In this document: in pieces, positions 11,084 to 20,526 of the stretch | Layout of the letters: every line of letters begins with the position of its first letter | Position numbering within the stretch: position 1 is the first letter of the stretch | Assembly: GCA_018335585.1 (NCBI GenBank) | Contig: JAGXRZ010000001.1 | Coordinates: forward strand, 6,281-70,280 | Reading direction: 5' to 3' | Origin: Selenomonadales bacterium | Lineage (GTDB): Bacteria > Bacillota > UBA994 | Length of the DNA: 64,000 nt | Made by a program: the position numbers and the translations under genes | The notes under the pieces: model-generated | Told to the model about the DNA's origin: nothing | The model's database searches: none | What the model saw: the letters and a program-made list of their open reading frames with translations, nothing else

Positions 11084-11944
11084 TTATCCGTTTGGGCTTA
11101 TGGCCTGCAGTGCCGCAATAGCGACTTCGATTTGGCCGTCGTCTGGTTCGCGGGTAGTCGCCCGCTGCAGCGCCATGCCGGGCGCCGTCAGTACGCACTG
11201 CCATGCACCGCGGCCACGCGCCGAGAGCTTAATTATCTCATAGGCCAACCCTGCCACTAGCGGCAGGAGGAGCAGCCGCGTGGCCATGCGCACCCACACG
11301 TTAGGCCAGCCAAAGAACGAGAACACGAGCACGCTCGTGAGCATTACCACGAGCAAAAAAGACGTGCCGCAGCGCGCGTGAAAGCGCGAGTGACGGCGGA
11401 CGTTCTCAATCGTCAGCTCCTGCCCTGCTTCAAAGCAATTAATCGCCTTGTGCTCAGCGCCGTGGTACTGAAAGAAGCGGCGCATGTCGGGCATATACGA
11501 GACGGCGGCTATATATATAGTAAAGATACTGAGGCGAATCGCGCCCTCGACGAGGTTTGCCACTAGCGGCTGCGCGTCTATTAAGCCAAACAGACGCAGC
11601 AACACGGTAGGGAGCAACATAAATAGCCCTACGGCTAGCGCTAACCCAAGAAAGACCGCGAAGCCGACCGCGCCCTTAGAGAGCTCGACTTCTTCGCCGC
11701 CCGATTCGTTAGCGCTGTAGAGCAGCGCGTCGATTCCTACCGTTAGCGTGTCCACTAGTGCCACGCCGCCGCGAATTACGGGCAAGCGAAACACCGCATA
11801 CCGCGACGCGAGGGATGCGGCACTTTGGTGCCTTACACTGCATGTTCCGTCCGGGCGACGCACGGCAATAGCCTGCTCTCCGCTCGCACGCCGCATGAGC
11901 ACGCCTTCCATTACCGCCTGTCCGCCGATAGCCTTCTCAGGCAC
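11084..11944 (-). CDS. DUF1385 domain-containing membrane protein
   Basis: N-terminal [14 protein letters not shown] signature, several TM segments, conserved position between rpmE and prfA. Confidence 0.7.
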   Translation of the reverse strand: MPEKAIGGQAVMEGVLMRRASGEQAIAVRRPDGTCSVRHQSAASLASRYAVFRLPVIRGGVALVDTLTVGIDALLYSANESGGEEVELSKGAVGFAVFLGLALAVGLFMLLPTVLLRLFGLIDAQPLVANLVEGAIRLSIFTIYIAAVSYMPDMRRFFQYHGAEHKAINCFEAGQELTIENVRRHSRFHARCGTSFLLVVMLTSVLVFSFFGWPNVWVRMATRLLLLPLVAGLAYEIIKLSARGRGAWQCVLTAPGMALQRATTREPDDGQIEVAIAALQAISPNG

Positions 11945-11978
11945 ATCACTTGCCCCTTTCCAGAGCCGTATAGTACTG

Positions 11979-12005
11979 CGAAGCAGAGCGCGGCGCTCTG
12001 CTTCG
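11979..12005 (-). terminator. Hairpin downstream of rpmE (possible terminator or processing site, no U-tract)
   Basis: cgaagcagagcg-cgg-cgctctgcttcg, a perfect 12-bp stem. Confidence 0.3.
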
Positions 12006-12012
12006 TGTGCTA

Positions 12013-12219
12013 CTACTTATCAGTTAGGCCGTATTTCTTCTTAAAGCGGTCTACTCGTCCGCCCGCATCGACAAACTTCTGTTTGCCGGTGAAGAAAGGG
12101 TGGCATTTCGAGCAGAGCTCAACCCGAAGTTGCTTCTTTATTGAACCCGACTCGAAGGATTCGCCACATGCGCAGGTAACTAAAGCCTTCTGGTAATTCG
12201 GGTGAATCTTCTCCTTCAC
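12013..12219 (-). CDS. rpmE: 50S ribosomal protein L31
   Basis: (V)[38 protein letters not shown] with the CxxC Zn motif. Start set to GTG 12219 behind AAGAGGTG. Confidence 0.9.
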   Translation of the reverse strand: MKEKIHPNYQKALVTCACGESFESGSIKKQLRVELCSKCHPFFTGKQKFVDAGGRVDRFKKKYGLTDK

Positions 12220-12290
12220 GCTACACACCTCTTTTCTGAAACTACTTGAATAGTATAGCACGCACAAGTGACGCGAGCAACAAAAACGCT

Positions 12291-12321
12291 TGAAGCAAAA
12301 GGGACGGAGCTTTTTGCTTCA
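12291..12321. repeat. REP-like hairpin (GAAGCAAAAG-N9-CTTTTGCTTC family)
   Basis: tgaagcaaaagggacggagctttttgcttca. Confidence 0.85.
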
Positions 12322-12510
12322 TTCGGGCAGCGGAGCTTTTGAACTGCTTGCAGGGAACTCCTCTAAGTTTGGCGAATACTTTGTTAACTGCGCTCATATG
12401 AATCTACGTGAACGAGCAAACTTACATCTTGTCAGAAGGACGTAAGTTCATCTCAATTTGCGCCAAACAGATTCATGGAGCACAGAAATATAAAGGAGGA
12501 GGGTTACTCA

Positions 12511-13764
12511 GTGAAGCTTGCCAATCGCATTCTCTACGGCCTCATTGCTGGTATCATCATCGGCCTGCTCTTGCACTTTGTGCGCGAAACCGCCTTCGTC
12601 AAGAACCTCATGACGTACCTCATTTCTCCTGTCGGTGATGCTTTTATCCGCGCTATTCGTATGCTCGTAGTTCCGTTGGTGCTCGCTAGCTTAGTGCTTG
12701 GCACTGCCAGCCTTGGCGACCTAAAGAAGGTAGGTCGCATCGGCGGCAAGATTATGTCGTTCTATCTCGTGACGACTGCCATTGCGATTATCCTTGGCAT
12801 TACGCTTACGGTCATTTTCCAGCCGGGACTCGCGGTTGACGTGGCAAAAGAAGGGAAATTCACCGCTACCCCTGCTCCCCCCATTATGACCACGATTATT
12901 GAGATGATTCCCGTTAACCCGTTTGACGCCCTTAACCGCGGTGCTATGCTGCAAATTATCATCTTCGCAGTGCTAGTTGGCGTTGGCATAGCCGCAGCCG
13001 GCGACGTAGCCAAGCCTCTACTCAACGTCTTCGAGGGGCTCAACCAAGTCATGCTCTGGCTCACAGGCTTAGTGATGCAAATTGCCCCCTATGGCGTCGC
13101 TGCGCTGATTGCGCGCACCGTCATTAACGTCGGCCCGGCCATACTGGTGAGCCTCGCCATGTTTATTGTGGTCGTCTACCTCGGGCTAATCATCCACTTG
13201 GTCGTCGTCTATGGCGGCATAGCTAAGTTCTTTGGCGGAGTTAGTCTCATTGAGATGATTAAACGCATCTCGCCCGCGATGCTGGTCGCCTTTACTACCG
13301 CTTCTTCCGCCGCTACACTTCCGGTTACCCTACAGTGCAGCGAAAAGAACCTAGGCGTTAAGAAAGAAATCGGCGCCTTCACCCTGCCGCTTGGCGCGAC
13401 TGTCAATATGGACGGCACGGCGCTGTATCAGGGCGTTTCCGTAGTGTTCCTCGCGCAACTCCTTGGCGTAGACCTCACCTTTAACCAAATGCTTATGGTC
13501 ATTGTGTCTGCGACCCTAGCCTCCATTGGCACGGCAGGCGTCCCCGGTGCCGGTATGATTATGCTGGCTATGGTGCTTGAGTCTGTGGGCATGCCGGTCT
13601 CGGCAATCGGCATTATTATGGGCGTTGACCGCATCGTCGACATGGGTCGCACTTGCATGAACGTCTCGGGTGACCTCATCTGCACACTAGCCGTAGCCCG
13701 CAGCGAAAACGCGGTGGATATGCCGGCTACAATACAGGCCACCCCAGGGGGGCATGCGGTCTAG
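12511..13764 (+). CDS. dicarboxylate/amino acid:cation symporter (DAACS/GltP family)
   Basis: Polytopic membrane protein. SSAATLP and NMDGTALYQG motifs typical of the sodium:dicarboxylate symporter family. Start set to GTG 12511 behind AAGGAGGA. Confidence 0.8.
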   Translation: MKLANRILYGLIAGIIIGLLLHFVRETAFVKNLMTYLISPVGDAFIRAIRMLVVPLVLASLVLGTASLGDLKKVGRIGGKIMSFYLVTTAIAIILGITLTVIFQPGLAVDVAKEGKFTATPAPPIMTTIIEMIPVNPFDALNRGAMLQIIIFAVLVGVGIAAAGDVAKPLLNVFEGLNQVMLWLTGLVMQIAPYGVAALIARTVINVGPAILVSLAMFIVVVYLGLIIHLVVVYGGIAKFFGGVSLIEMIKRISPAMLVAFTTASSAATLPVTLQCSEKNLGVKKEIGAFTLPLGATVNMDGTALYQGVSVVFLAQLLGVDLTFNQMLMVIVSATLASIGTAGVPGAGMIMLAMVLESVGMPVSAIGIIMGVDRIVDMGRTCMNVSGDLICTLAVARSENAVDMPATIQATPGGHAV

Positions 13765-13775
13765 TCGGTCTCCTT

Positions 13776-13827
13776 GTAGGGACGTGCCTCTGGCACGTCC
13801 ACGGACGTGCGAAACGCACGTCCCTAC
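13776..13827. repeat. 52-nt double-hairpin palindromic element (copy 1)
   Basis: gtagGGACGTGCCtctGGCACGTCCacGGACGTGCGaaaCGCACGTCCctac. A reverse-oriented copy is at 22694-22745 and a half copy at 23615-23645. Confidence 0.85.
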
Positions 13828-13834
13828 ATCTTAT

Positions 13835-13865
13835 GAGGGCGGCCACGCGCCGCCCTCTTTCTTTC
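13835..13865 (+). terminator. Rho-independent terminator of the symporter gene
   Basis: GAGGGCGGC-cacgc-GCCGCCCTC followed by TTTCTTTC. Confidence 0.7.
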
Positions 13866-14070
13866 GCCATTATTGCCCGGGAAATGACAGATGTAAGCGC
13901 ACTAGACAAGATTCGACACAAAAAGGCTCGCAACTTGTCGAATTGGCGCAAATGACACCCAGTCAGCTGCCGCCGTCGCCCGCGGAACCACTCTTGTCCC
14001 GCCCCACTTGCCATTCTTGCATGTTGTACTATACAATATAGCAAGAAACTTGGCTAGGGAGCTGATTATC

Positions 14071-15468
14071 GTGAGCTTTCTGGAGGACACCCAGGTACTC
14101 CAGGTACTGCGCGGCTTTAACCCGTGGTGGCGTAGCGGCGGTTGGGCTAATCCCCCACCCGCGTTCAGGCGCACTGCGTTTCACCGCACGTGGCGCCTAC
14201 TCACACAGGCACAGGTTCGCCGCCCCGTATTTCTTAGCGGCTCGCACCGCGTCGGCAAGACAACTATACTCCGGCAACTAGCAGAAGCGCTGCTTGCCGA
14301 CGGCCTCGCCCCCTACCAGCTGCTTTATGTCCCCCTAGACCACCCCGTACTTGAATTGACGCCACTTAACCGCCTAATTGAAATCTACCGCACGCAGATT
14401 CTCGGCGGTGCCGAGCAGGGCGTGCTACTTCTGGACGAAATCACACATGCCGAGGACTGGTCGGCCTGGCTAAAGCATACCGCTTTGCTCTGGCCTAATT
14501 ACCGCATCGCCGCATGTGGAAGTGTCTCTGCCGAAGCCTCGCTCCAATACGGGGGTTTCACAACGATTGCCGTCCCGCCGCTTTCGTTTGCGGAGTACGC
14601 TCATATGCGGGGCATGGCGCCTTCCGTGCCATGCGCGCTCCTAGAGCTCCCCGCACTGCCGCGCACATCACAGCAGCAACTCCTGCACTCACTGGCGATG
14701 CTTGAGCCGCACTTCCTGCGTTACCTGCTGCAAGGCGGCTACCCCGAGACTGCTCTGCTAGACGATACCGCCCTCGCACACGAACTCCTGCGCGAGCAGT
14801 GCGTTGACCGCGTGCTCCGGCACGACATAGCCCGTAACGCAGGCATTCGCAACGTGCGCGACCTCGAGAAAGTATTTGTCTACCTGTGTGTGCATGCGGG
14901 GGAGAGCTTAGGGCAGGAGGCCATGGCCCGGAGCCTGCAGCTTTCGCGCGTAACCCTTTCTAGCTACTTGCACGCGCTTGAGTCCGCGCAGCTTATTTTG
15001 CCTGCCCACCAAGTAGACCACTTGAGCCATCGCGTGCCTAAGTCGCGCAGCAAATACTACGTCGCCGATGCGGCGTTGCGCAATGCGGTGCTTCTGCGCG
15101 GTGAGGACTGCTTATCTGACCCAAACTATCTGGCGTCGTTGGCTGAGGGATGCCTGTTTCGCCATCTTAGCACACACTTTAGCCGCGCGGTAATCGGCTA
15201 TTGGCGCACGCCGCGCCGCGGCCTAGAACTGAGCATGGCGGTTATGCTGCCGGAGCGGCCGGCCTTAGCCGCGCAGCTTAAGTTTCGCGAGCGCCCGGAG
15301 ATTCTCGGCAGCGACCCGTTGCTTGAGTTTGCTAAGCTTCACCCCGACACCCCTTGCTTCTTTGTCACCAAAAGTAGCCTAGACTACGGACCATACGCTA
15401 ATTCCGCGCGCTACTTCCGACTGCCGGCCTACATGTTGCTCTACATGTTAGGCTTAGGGCAGGGGTAG
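14071..15468 (+). CDS. AAA+ ATPase of the AAA_14/DUF4143 type
   Basis: Walker A LSGSHRVGKTT, Walker B LLLDEI, C-terminal DUF4143-like region. Start set to GTG 14071 behind AGGGAG. Confidence 0.65.
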   Translation: MSFLEDTQVLQVLRGFNPWWRSGGWANPPPAFRRTAFHRTWRLLTQAQVRRPVFLSGSHRVGKTTILRQLAEALLADGLAPYQLLYVPLDHPVLELTPLNRLIEIYRTQILGGAEQGVLLLDEITHAEDWSAWLKHTALLWPNYRIAACGSVSAEASLQYGGFTTIAVPPLSFAEYAHMRGMAPSVPCALLELPALPRTSQQQLLHSLAMLEPHFLRYLLQGGYPETALLDDTALAHELLREQCVDRVLRHDIARNAGIRNVRDLEKVFVYLCVHAGESLGQEAMARSLQLSRVTLSSYLHALESAQLILPAHQVDHLSHRVPKSRSKYYVADAALRNAVLLRGEDCLSDPNYLASLAEGCLFRHLSTHFSRAVIGYWRTPRRGLELSMAVMLPERPALAAQLKFRERPEILGSDPLLEFAKLHPDTPCFFVTKSSLDYGPYANSARYFRLPAYMLLYMLGLGQG

Positions 15469-15470
15469 GT

Positions 15471-16691
15471 GTGCTTATGTTTAAGCTTATCTACGCCGAT
15501 AAACACGGTCAAGTCTTTGAGGACGAAAACTACGGTGCCGTCATGCGTACAGGCGGTATGCTTGTCGAGCCAGAGCAAGAAGACATGATTCCCCTGCCGC
15601 CGGGAGCGAGTTTTGTCGTGCTGCCGGGAAGAGAGGCGGCGGCCATCGACCGCCGCGGGCGCATCGTGCCCTATGCGCGCATGGGTGCCCAGGCCGTTGC
15701 CGCCCTGCTGCCGCAGGGTTATTTGCGCACGCTCCTCCCGGGGTATCGCAAAACGCAGGAAACACTTCCCCTGTTTGGTTACACAGGCGTGGCCTGGTCG
15801 CGCGGGCGGTTCTATGTGGCGGCCGTGCCAGCTGCTGCTAGCAACGACCTTACGCGGTGGGACCCAAGCCTGTTTAACACCCCCGAGCTGGCAGAGCTTA
15901 TCGCTAAGCGCCGAAAGGAGTTTGGCTCTAACCGCGTTCTGGCGCAGCTTATCCACTGTGCAGAGAGCTACGGCTGTTTTACCGCGCAAAACATGCTGTA
16001 TCGCCGGTTTGAGGCCGGGCTCCCTATCTCGCCCCGCTGCAACGCAAACTGCGTCGGCTGCATCTCACTGCAGGCATCCGAGTGCTGTCCAGCCCCGCAG
16101 GCGCGCATCGACTTTGTTCCCACCGCAGATGAAGCGGCGGCCTTGGCCGTCGGGCATCTGACAGGCGGAGGCGACACCGTTAGTTTCGGCCAAGGGTGCG
16201 AGGGTGAGCCGCTGCTTGAGAGCACGCTAGCCGCTAAAATTGTGTGTGCGGTTCGCGGGCAAACTAAGCTCGGCCGCATAAATATGAACACCAATGCAGG
16301 AAATTTTGCCGGCCTGCGCGAAGTCGTAGATGCAGGCATCGACTCGCTGCGCGTAAGCTTAAACTCCCCGCGTCCGGAGTATTACGACCCCTACTACCGG
16401 CAGCAAAGCTACGACCTTGACGACGTGGTGCAGGGCATCAAGTATGCGCGAAGCCGCGGCGTGTATGTCTCGCTTAATCTTCTTGTTATGCCCGGCGTAT
16501 CGGACCGCAGCGAAGAGGTTGCGGCTCTGCAGCGGTTTGTCCGGGAGACCGGCGTCAACCAGGTGCAGTTTCGCAACCTTAACATCGACCCTGACTTGTA
16601 TCTTGGGCTACTGCCCGAGGCTAAGGGAGAGCTTCTGGGCATGCGGAGCTTATTGCAGGCGGTGCGGGAAACCGGGGTTTCCGTGCGCTAG
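15471..16691 (+). CDS. radical SAM protein, function unknown
   Basis: CNANCVGC (CX3CX2C) at about residue 190, after a ~180-aa N-terminal domain. It starts 3 nt after the ATPase stop. Confidence 0.7.
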   Translation: MLMFKLIYADKHGQVFEDENYGAVMRTGGMLVEPEQEDMIPLPPGASFVVLPGREAAAIDRRGRIVPYARMGAQAVAALLPQGYLRTLLPGYRKTQETLPLFGYTGVAWSRGRFYVAAVPAAASNDLTRWDPSLFNTPELAELIAKRRKEFGSNRVLAQLIHCAESYGCFTAQNMLYRRFEAGLPISPRCNANCVGCISLQASECCPAPQARIDFVPTADEAAALAVGHLTGGGDTVSFGQGCEGEPLLESTLAAKIVCAVRGQTKLGRINMNTNAGNFAGLREVVDAGIDSLRVSLNSPRPEYYDPYYRQQSYDLDDVVQGIKYARSRGVYVSLNLLVMPGVSDRSEEVAALQRFVRETGVNQVQFRNLNIDPDLYLGLLPEAKGELLGMRSLLQAVRETGVSVR

Positions 16692-16725
16692 CTGCCCGCT
16701 CCGCTCGGTTGCTTGGGTCGCTAAG

Positions 16726-17733
16726 CTATGGAAGAAAATTAAGCGGGTCCTTAAAGCGGTCGTCCACACGCACTTCGAAGTGCACATGCGGCCCGGTCGA
16801 GTTTCCGGTGCTGCCCACGCGCGCTATCACTTGTCCCTGCACTACGCGGTCGCCGCGCTTAACTAGCAGGCGCGAGGCGTGGGCGTAAAGCGTTCTTACC
16901 CCGTTGCCGTGGTTAATAATCACGCAGTTGCCGTACCCGCCCCACCAGCCGGCCTTTTCTACCCGCCCGGCGCGCACGGCGCGAATCTCGGTGCCTGTCG
17001 GGGCGGCAATATCAAGCCCGGTGTGGCGCGTGCCCCAGCGCGGACCAAAATAGCTCGTAATCTGGCCAGTAACCGGCCAAATCATGCCGGAGGCGCTACT
17101 TGGGCTGCGCGCCTGCCCTGTTACCGCTGCCGCCGCCGGGATGTTCAGAACTTGCCCGATACTTAAGTGATCGACCTCCCTGAGGTCGTTTAGATCAACG
17201 ATGGCCGCCACCGTGACGCCGTGGTTAGCGGCAATAAGAGAGAGGTTTTCACCCGAACGTACTCTATGCCGGCGCGGCTCAGGCGGCTTCTCCACTAAAA
17301 GAAGCGTCTGACCAGGGCGCAGCATGTGGGGGTTTGTCAGCGAATTGAGCGCCCTGATGCGCTGTACGGTCGTGTTATACCGCGCCGCAATGCCGGACAG
17401 AGTGTCTCCGCGCGCCACCACATGCGTCAGCGGTGACGGGCCGCCTACACCGGCTGCCGGTTCTGGGGTGGGTTTGCTCTGGGAGGGACTCGTAGGCGTA
17501 GTGGGCGCAGTAGGCGTAGTAGGGGTAATGGTGGTAATGGTGGTCATGGGGGTAGTGGTGGTAGTCGGTGCCTCGCTCGCAGGGGTTGGGGCTTGTACAG
17601 CGGACAAGTCTTGGTCGTAAATCACCAAGTAAGCCGTGCTGTATTCCGGCGCCAGTGCAGACAGTGGCAAAACGCTGCTAAGCGCCACAAAAACCGAGCA
17701 AGCTAATACCCTACGCAAGTGTGAACTCGACAA
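16726..17733 (-). CDS. LysM domain-containing M23 family metallopeptidase
   Basis: Signal peptide, Pro/Thr linker, two LysM repeats (GDTLSGIAARY, GENLSLIAANH), and M23 motifs HTGLDIAAP and GSTGNSTGPHVHFEV. Confidence 0.85.
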   Translation of the reverse strand: MSSSHLRRVLACSVFVALSSVLPLSALAPEYSTAYLVIYDQDLSAVQAPTPASEAPTTTTTPMTTITTITPTTPTAPTTPTSPSQSKPTPEPAAGVGGPSPLTHVVARGDTLSGIAARYNTTVQRIRALNSLTNPHMLRPGQTLLLVEKPPEPRRHRVRSGENLSLIAANHGVTVAAIVDLNDLREVDHLSIGQVLNIPAAAAVTGQARSPSSASGMIWPVTGQITSYFGPRWGTRHTGLDIAAPTGTEIRAVRAGRVEKAGWWGGYGNCVIINHGNGVRTLYAHASRLLVKRGDRVVQGQVIARVGSTGNSTGPHVHFEVRVDDRFKDPLNFLP

Positions 17734-17850
17734 TTTGTTGTCACCTCGCCTAAAAGTACGGGCAAGTTCTTCTCTATTCTTACCTGACTAGAGGCGAGGT
17801 ATGCGTCAAGAGGGACGGAGAAATGTCTTTGAGGGACGGAGGATTGCGAC

Positions 17851-19488
17851 ATGAGGTTAACTTTTGTCGGTGGCTGTGACACGGTCACCGGGTCATGCTA
17901 CTTGCTTGAGGCAGGCGGAACGCGGCTGCTTATTGACTGTGGCATGTTTCAAGGAGGCAAGGACGAGAGATCGCGCAATGAGGAACCTTTTCCTTTTGCG
18001 CCACAGTCGCTTGATGGCGTGCTGCTGACCCACGCTCACATCGACCACAGCGGCCTTCTGCCAAAATTAGTTAAAGACGGTTTCGCAGGCCAGATAATTA
18101 CCACGCGAGCTAGCGTCAGCCTCGCTCAACTTATGCTGAGGGACTCCGCCCATATCCAAGAATCTGAAGCAGAGTGGCTGAACCGCAAGGGCAAGCGCGC
18201 CGGTTCTGTGGACGTAGAACCCCTCTACACACTAGAGGACGCCGAACGCTGCCTAGAGCGCTTTGCGGGCGTGAGTTACGGCGCCTCCCGCGAAGTCGCG
18301 CCCCACATAACCGTGCGCTTTCTTGACGCCGGGCACATTTTGGGTTCGAGCATTATTGAGCTCTATGTGCGCGAGGAAGGCCGCGAGCGAAAACTTGTGT
18401 TCTCCGGCGACCTTGGGGAAGAGGGCAGGCCTATTGTTGCCGACCCGACGATAGTTGAATCAGCAGATTATCTGGTCATGGAGGCCACTTACGGCAATCG
18501 CCTGCACGAAGAGACCGAGAAGCGCCGCGAAAAAATCCGCGACATTATTTTGCTGGCTGTTAAAGACCGCGAAAAAGTGATTATTCCGGCCTTTGCCGTC
18601 GGCAGGACGCAAGACGTGCTGTACGAAATAAATGGTCTGTACCGCGACGGGCAGATTCCTCTCATACCGGTGTATATTGACAGCCCGCTGGCTATATCCG
18701 CAACTCTGGTCTTTCGCCAGTACCAAGAGGATTACGATGAGGAAACGCGTGCGCTGCTTAAGCGCAACATGTCCCCCTTTGATTACCCCGGGCTCCGCTT
18801 TACGCGCACGGTGGAAGAGAGCAAAGCGCTAAACGAGTCGACCGAGACCTGCGTCATTATCTCCGCTAGCGGCATGTGTGAGGCCGGTCGCATTAAACAC
18901 CACCTAAAGCACAGTCTGTGGCGTGAAGGCGCGCATATTCTGTTTGTCGGCTACCAAGCCGAGGGCACGTTAGGCAGGCGCATCAAGGACGGAGCAAACA
19001 AGATTAACATTTTGGGCGAGGAAATAGCCGTGCGCGCTAACATCCATAGCATTGAGGGCCTGTCGGCGCATGCAGACCGGGCAGGGCTCTTCAAATGGGT
19101 GAGCGGCATAAAGAATCAGCCGCAGGCCGTCTTTATTACACACGGTGAGGCGACCCCAAGAGCCGAGTTCGCCGCGCTGCTGCACGCTGAACTGGGGCTG
19201 AGAGCCCTCGTGCCGAGCTGTGGCGAGCAGTATGACCTGCGCGAGGCAGCGGTTCTGGTTACTACAGGCACGCGACAGGCTGTACCGCCCAAAGCAGCGG
19301 ATGACCTCGAGCGGCTGTGGCGCCGTGCTCGAAAGTCTTTAGCGCGTGCTTTGCAGGCAGGCACTCGCAGAGAGGCGCGCGAGGCACAGCGCCTGACCGA
19401 AAAGCTCGAGAATCTCCTCCGCAAGATTGTGGCAGATGAAGCAAAAGGGACGGAGCTTTTTGCTTCACACAAAAGGCGATCCCCATGA
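17851..19488 (+). CDS. MBL-fold beta-CASP hydrolase (RNase J/CPSF-like family)
   Basis: THAHIDHSG motif, beta-CASP and RMMBL-like C-terminal region. The last ~15 codons are read through a REP hairpin. Confidence 0.75.
   Translation: MRLTFVGGCDTVTGSCYLLEAGGTRLLIDCGMFQGGKDERSRNEEPFPFAPQSLDGVLLTHAHIDHSGLLPKLVKDGFAGQIITTRASVSLAQLMLRDSAHIQESEAEWLNRKGKRAGSVDVEPLYTLEDAERCLERFAGVSYGASREVAPHITVRFLDAGHILGSSIIELYVREEGRERKLVFSGDLGEEGRPIVADPTIVESADYLVMEATYGNRLHEETEKRREKIRDIILLAVKDREKVIIPAFAVGRTQDVLYEINGLYRDGQIPLIPVYIDSPLAISATLVFRQYQEDYDEETRALLKRNMSPFDYPGLRFTRTVEESKALNESTETCVIISASGMCEAGRIKHHLKHSLWREGAHILFVGYQAEGTLGRRIKDGANKINILGEEIAVRANIHSIEGLSAHADRAGLFKWVSGIKNQPQAVFITHGEATPRAEFAALLHAELGLRALVPSCGEQYDLREAAVLVTTGTRQAVPPKAADDLERLWRRARKSLARALQAGTRREAREAQRLTEKLENLLRKIVADEAKGTELFASHKRRSP
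19437..19467. repeat. REP-like hairpin inside the 3-prime end of the MBL gene
   Basis: tgaagcaaaagggacggagctttttgcttca, translated as [10 protein letters not shown]. Confidence 0.85.
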
Positions 19489-20474
19489 AAGTCCTTCACT
19501 TCGGCAGCTACTGGATGGGCGAAAACGATATTGTCGCTCTAATGGCCAAAGACCTCGCCACTATGTGCGAGGCCAAGCTTGTCGATACTCGACTGTACAC
19601 TGGCCAGCCCTCGCCGTGGGTGGCCAAAGATGCCGACCCGCACTTTCACAGCGTAAATTGGCTGCGGGATGACCGCGTGCGCGAGGTTGTCGCGTCTTTT
19701 GAGCCCGCTGTCGTCGTCTGCAACGCCGGCGCGATGAGCCTAACGCCTAGTATGCACCTAGAGCTACGCGCGCAGGGCATCGTCACCGTGGGAATTGCGT
19801 TGTCAGACCCTGATGTCTTTGCCGCACAAGGCAAGCTCTACGCTAATCTCTTTGACCTATACTACACTAATGCAGCCGCGTCGATTCAGGATTATGCCCA
19901 GATCGGGGTTAAGGCCAGACTGCTGCCGTTTGCCGCCTCTGCGGGGTTTCACCGCCCGCTGCCGGATGTCAAGCGCAAGTACGATGTAATTATCGTAGGG
20001 CACGCCCGCGCCGACCGCCTGCCCGTGGTCGCCGAGTTGGACAAGCACTTTAGGGTCGGCCTATACGGCAAGGGGTGGCGTCGCTGGGGCATACTGCCGC
20101 GCGGCCGCCAAGTAAACGGCGATGAGCAAGTGCGCGCCTTAAACAGCGGCAAAGCATACGTTTCATTTGCGCAGACCGTCGCCGGTTACACCAACGTCAA
20201 AGTAGGCCTGTTTGAAGCGGTCGCCTGCGGCACGCCGGTTTTTACGCAGGTGTTCCCCGAAATGGAGAAATACTTTGCTTATGAGAGAGAGATTATCGGA
20301 TTTAGCTCCCTGCCGGAGCTGGTAGAAAAGCTACGCTACTATTTGTCCCGCCCAGTCGAGCTCGCCCAAGTAGCCCAAAACGCCCGCGAACGCCTGCTCT
20401 GCGAGCACACCTGGGTACACCGCTGGGAACAAGTTTTGGCCGACGTAAGGGCCCACGCGGAGGGATGTCGTTGA
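19485..20474 (+). CDS. CgeB-like glycosyltransferase family protein (Glyco_trans_1_2 type)
   Basis: C-terminal ..VGLFEAVACGTPVF..EKLRYYLSRP..ARERLLCEHTWVHRWEQVL resembles the CgeB/DUF3880 family. ATGA overlap with the MBL gene. Confidence 0.55.
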   Translation: MKVLHFGSYWMGENDIVALMAKDLATMCEAKLVDTRLYTGQPSPWVAKDADPHFHSVNWLRDDRVREVVASFEPAVVVCNAGAMSLTPSMHLELRAQGIVTVGIALSDPDVFAAQGKLYANLFDLYYTNAAASIQDYAQIGVKARLLPFAASAGFHRPLPDVKRKYDVIIVGHARADRLPVVAELDKHFRVGLYGKGWRRWGILPRGRQVNGDEQVRALNSGKAYVSFAQTVAGYTNVKVGLFEAVACGTPVFTQVFPEMEKYFAYEREIIGFSSLPELVEKLRYYLSRPVELAQVAQNARERLLCEHTWVHRWEQVLADVRAHAEGCR

Positions 20475-20494
20475 GGGACGGAGGAGCGCGACAT

Positions 20495-20526
20495 TGTGAA
20501 GCAAAAGGCTCCGTCCCTTTTGCTTC
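20495..20526. repeat. REP-like hairpin (opposite orientation) between convergent genes
   Basis: tgaagcaaaaggctccgtcccttttgcttc. Confidence 0.85.

Noticed and set aside
13754-14041. ORFs translated through the double-hairpin element (13754..14041 and 22573..22869, sharing RDVPLARPRTCETHVPT)
   Set aside because: The shared peptide is merely the palindromic repeat read in frame. There is no RBS and no other conservation.
17480-17580. GTAGT/GGTGG-rich periodic DNA in the M23 peptidase gene as another heptamer array
   Set aside because: It encodes an ordinary Pro/Thr-rich interdomain linker (TTTTTPMTTITTITPTTP). It lacks the 7-nt register and has no inverted partner.
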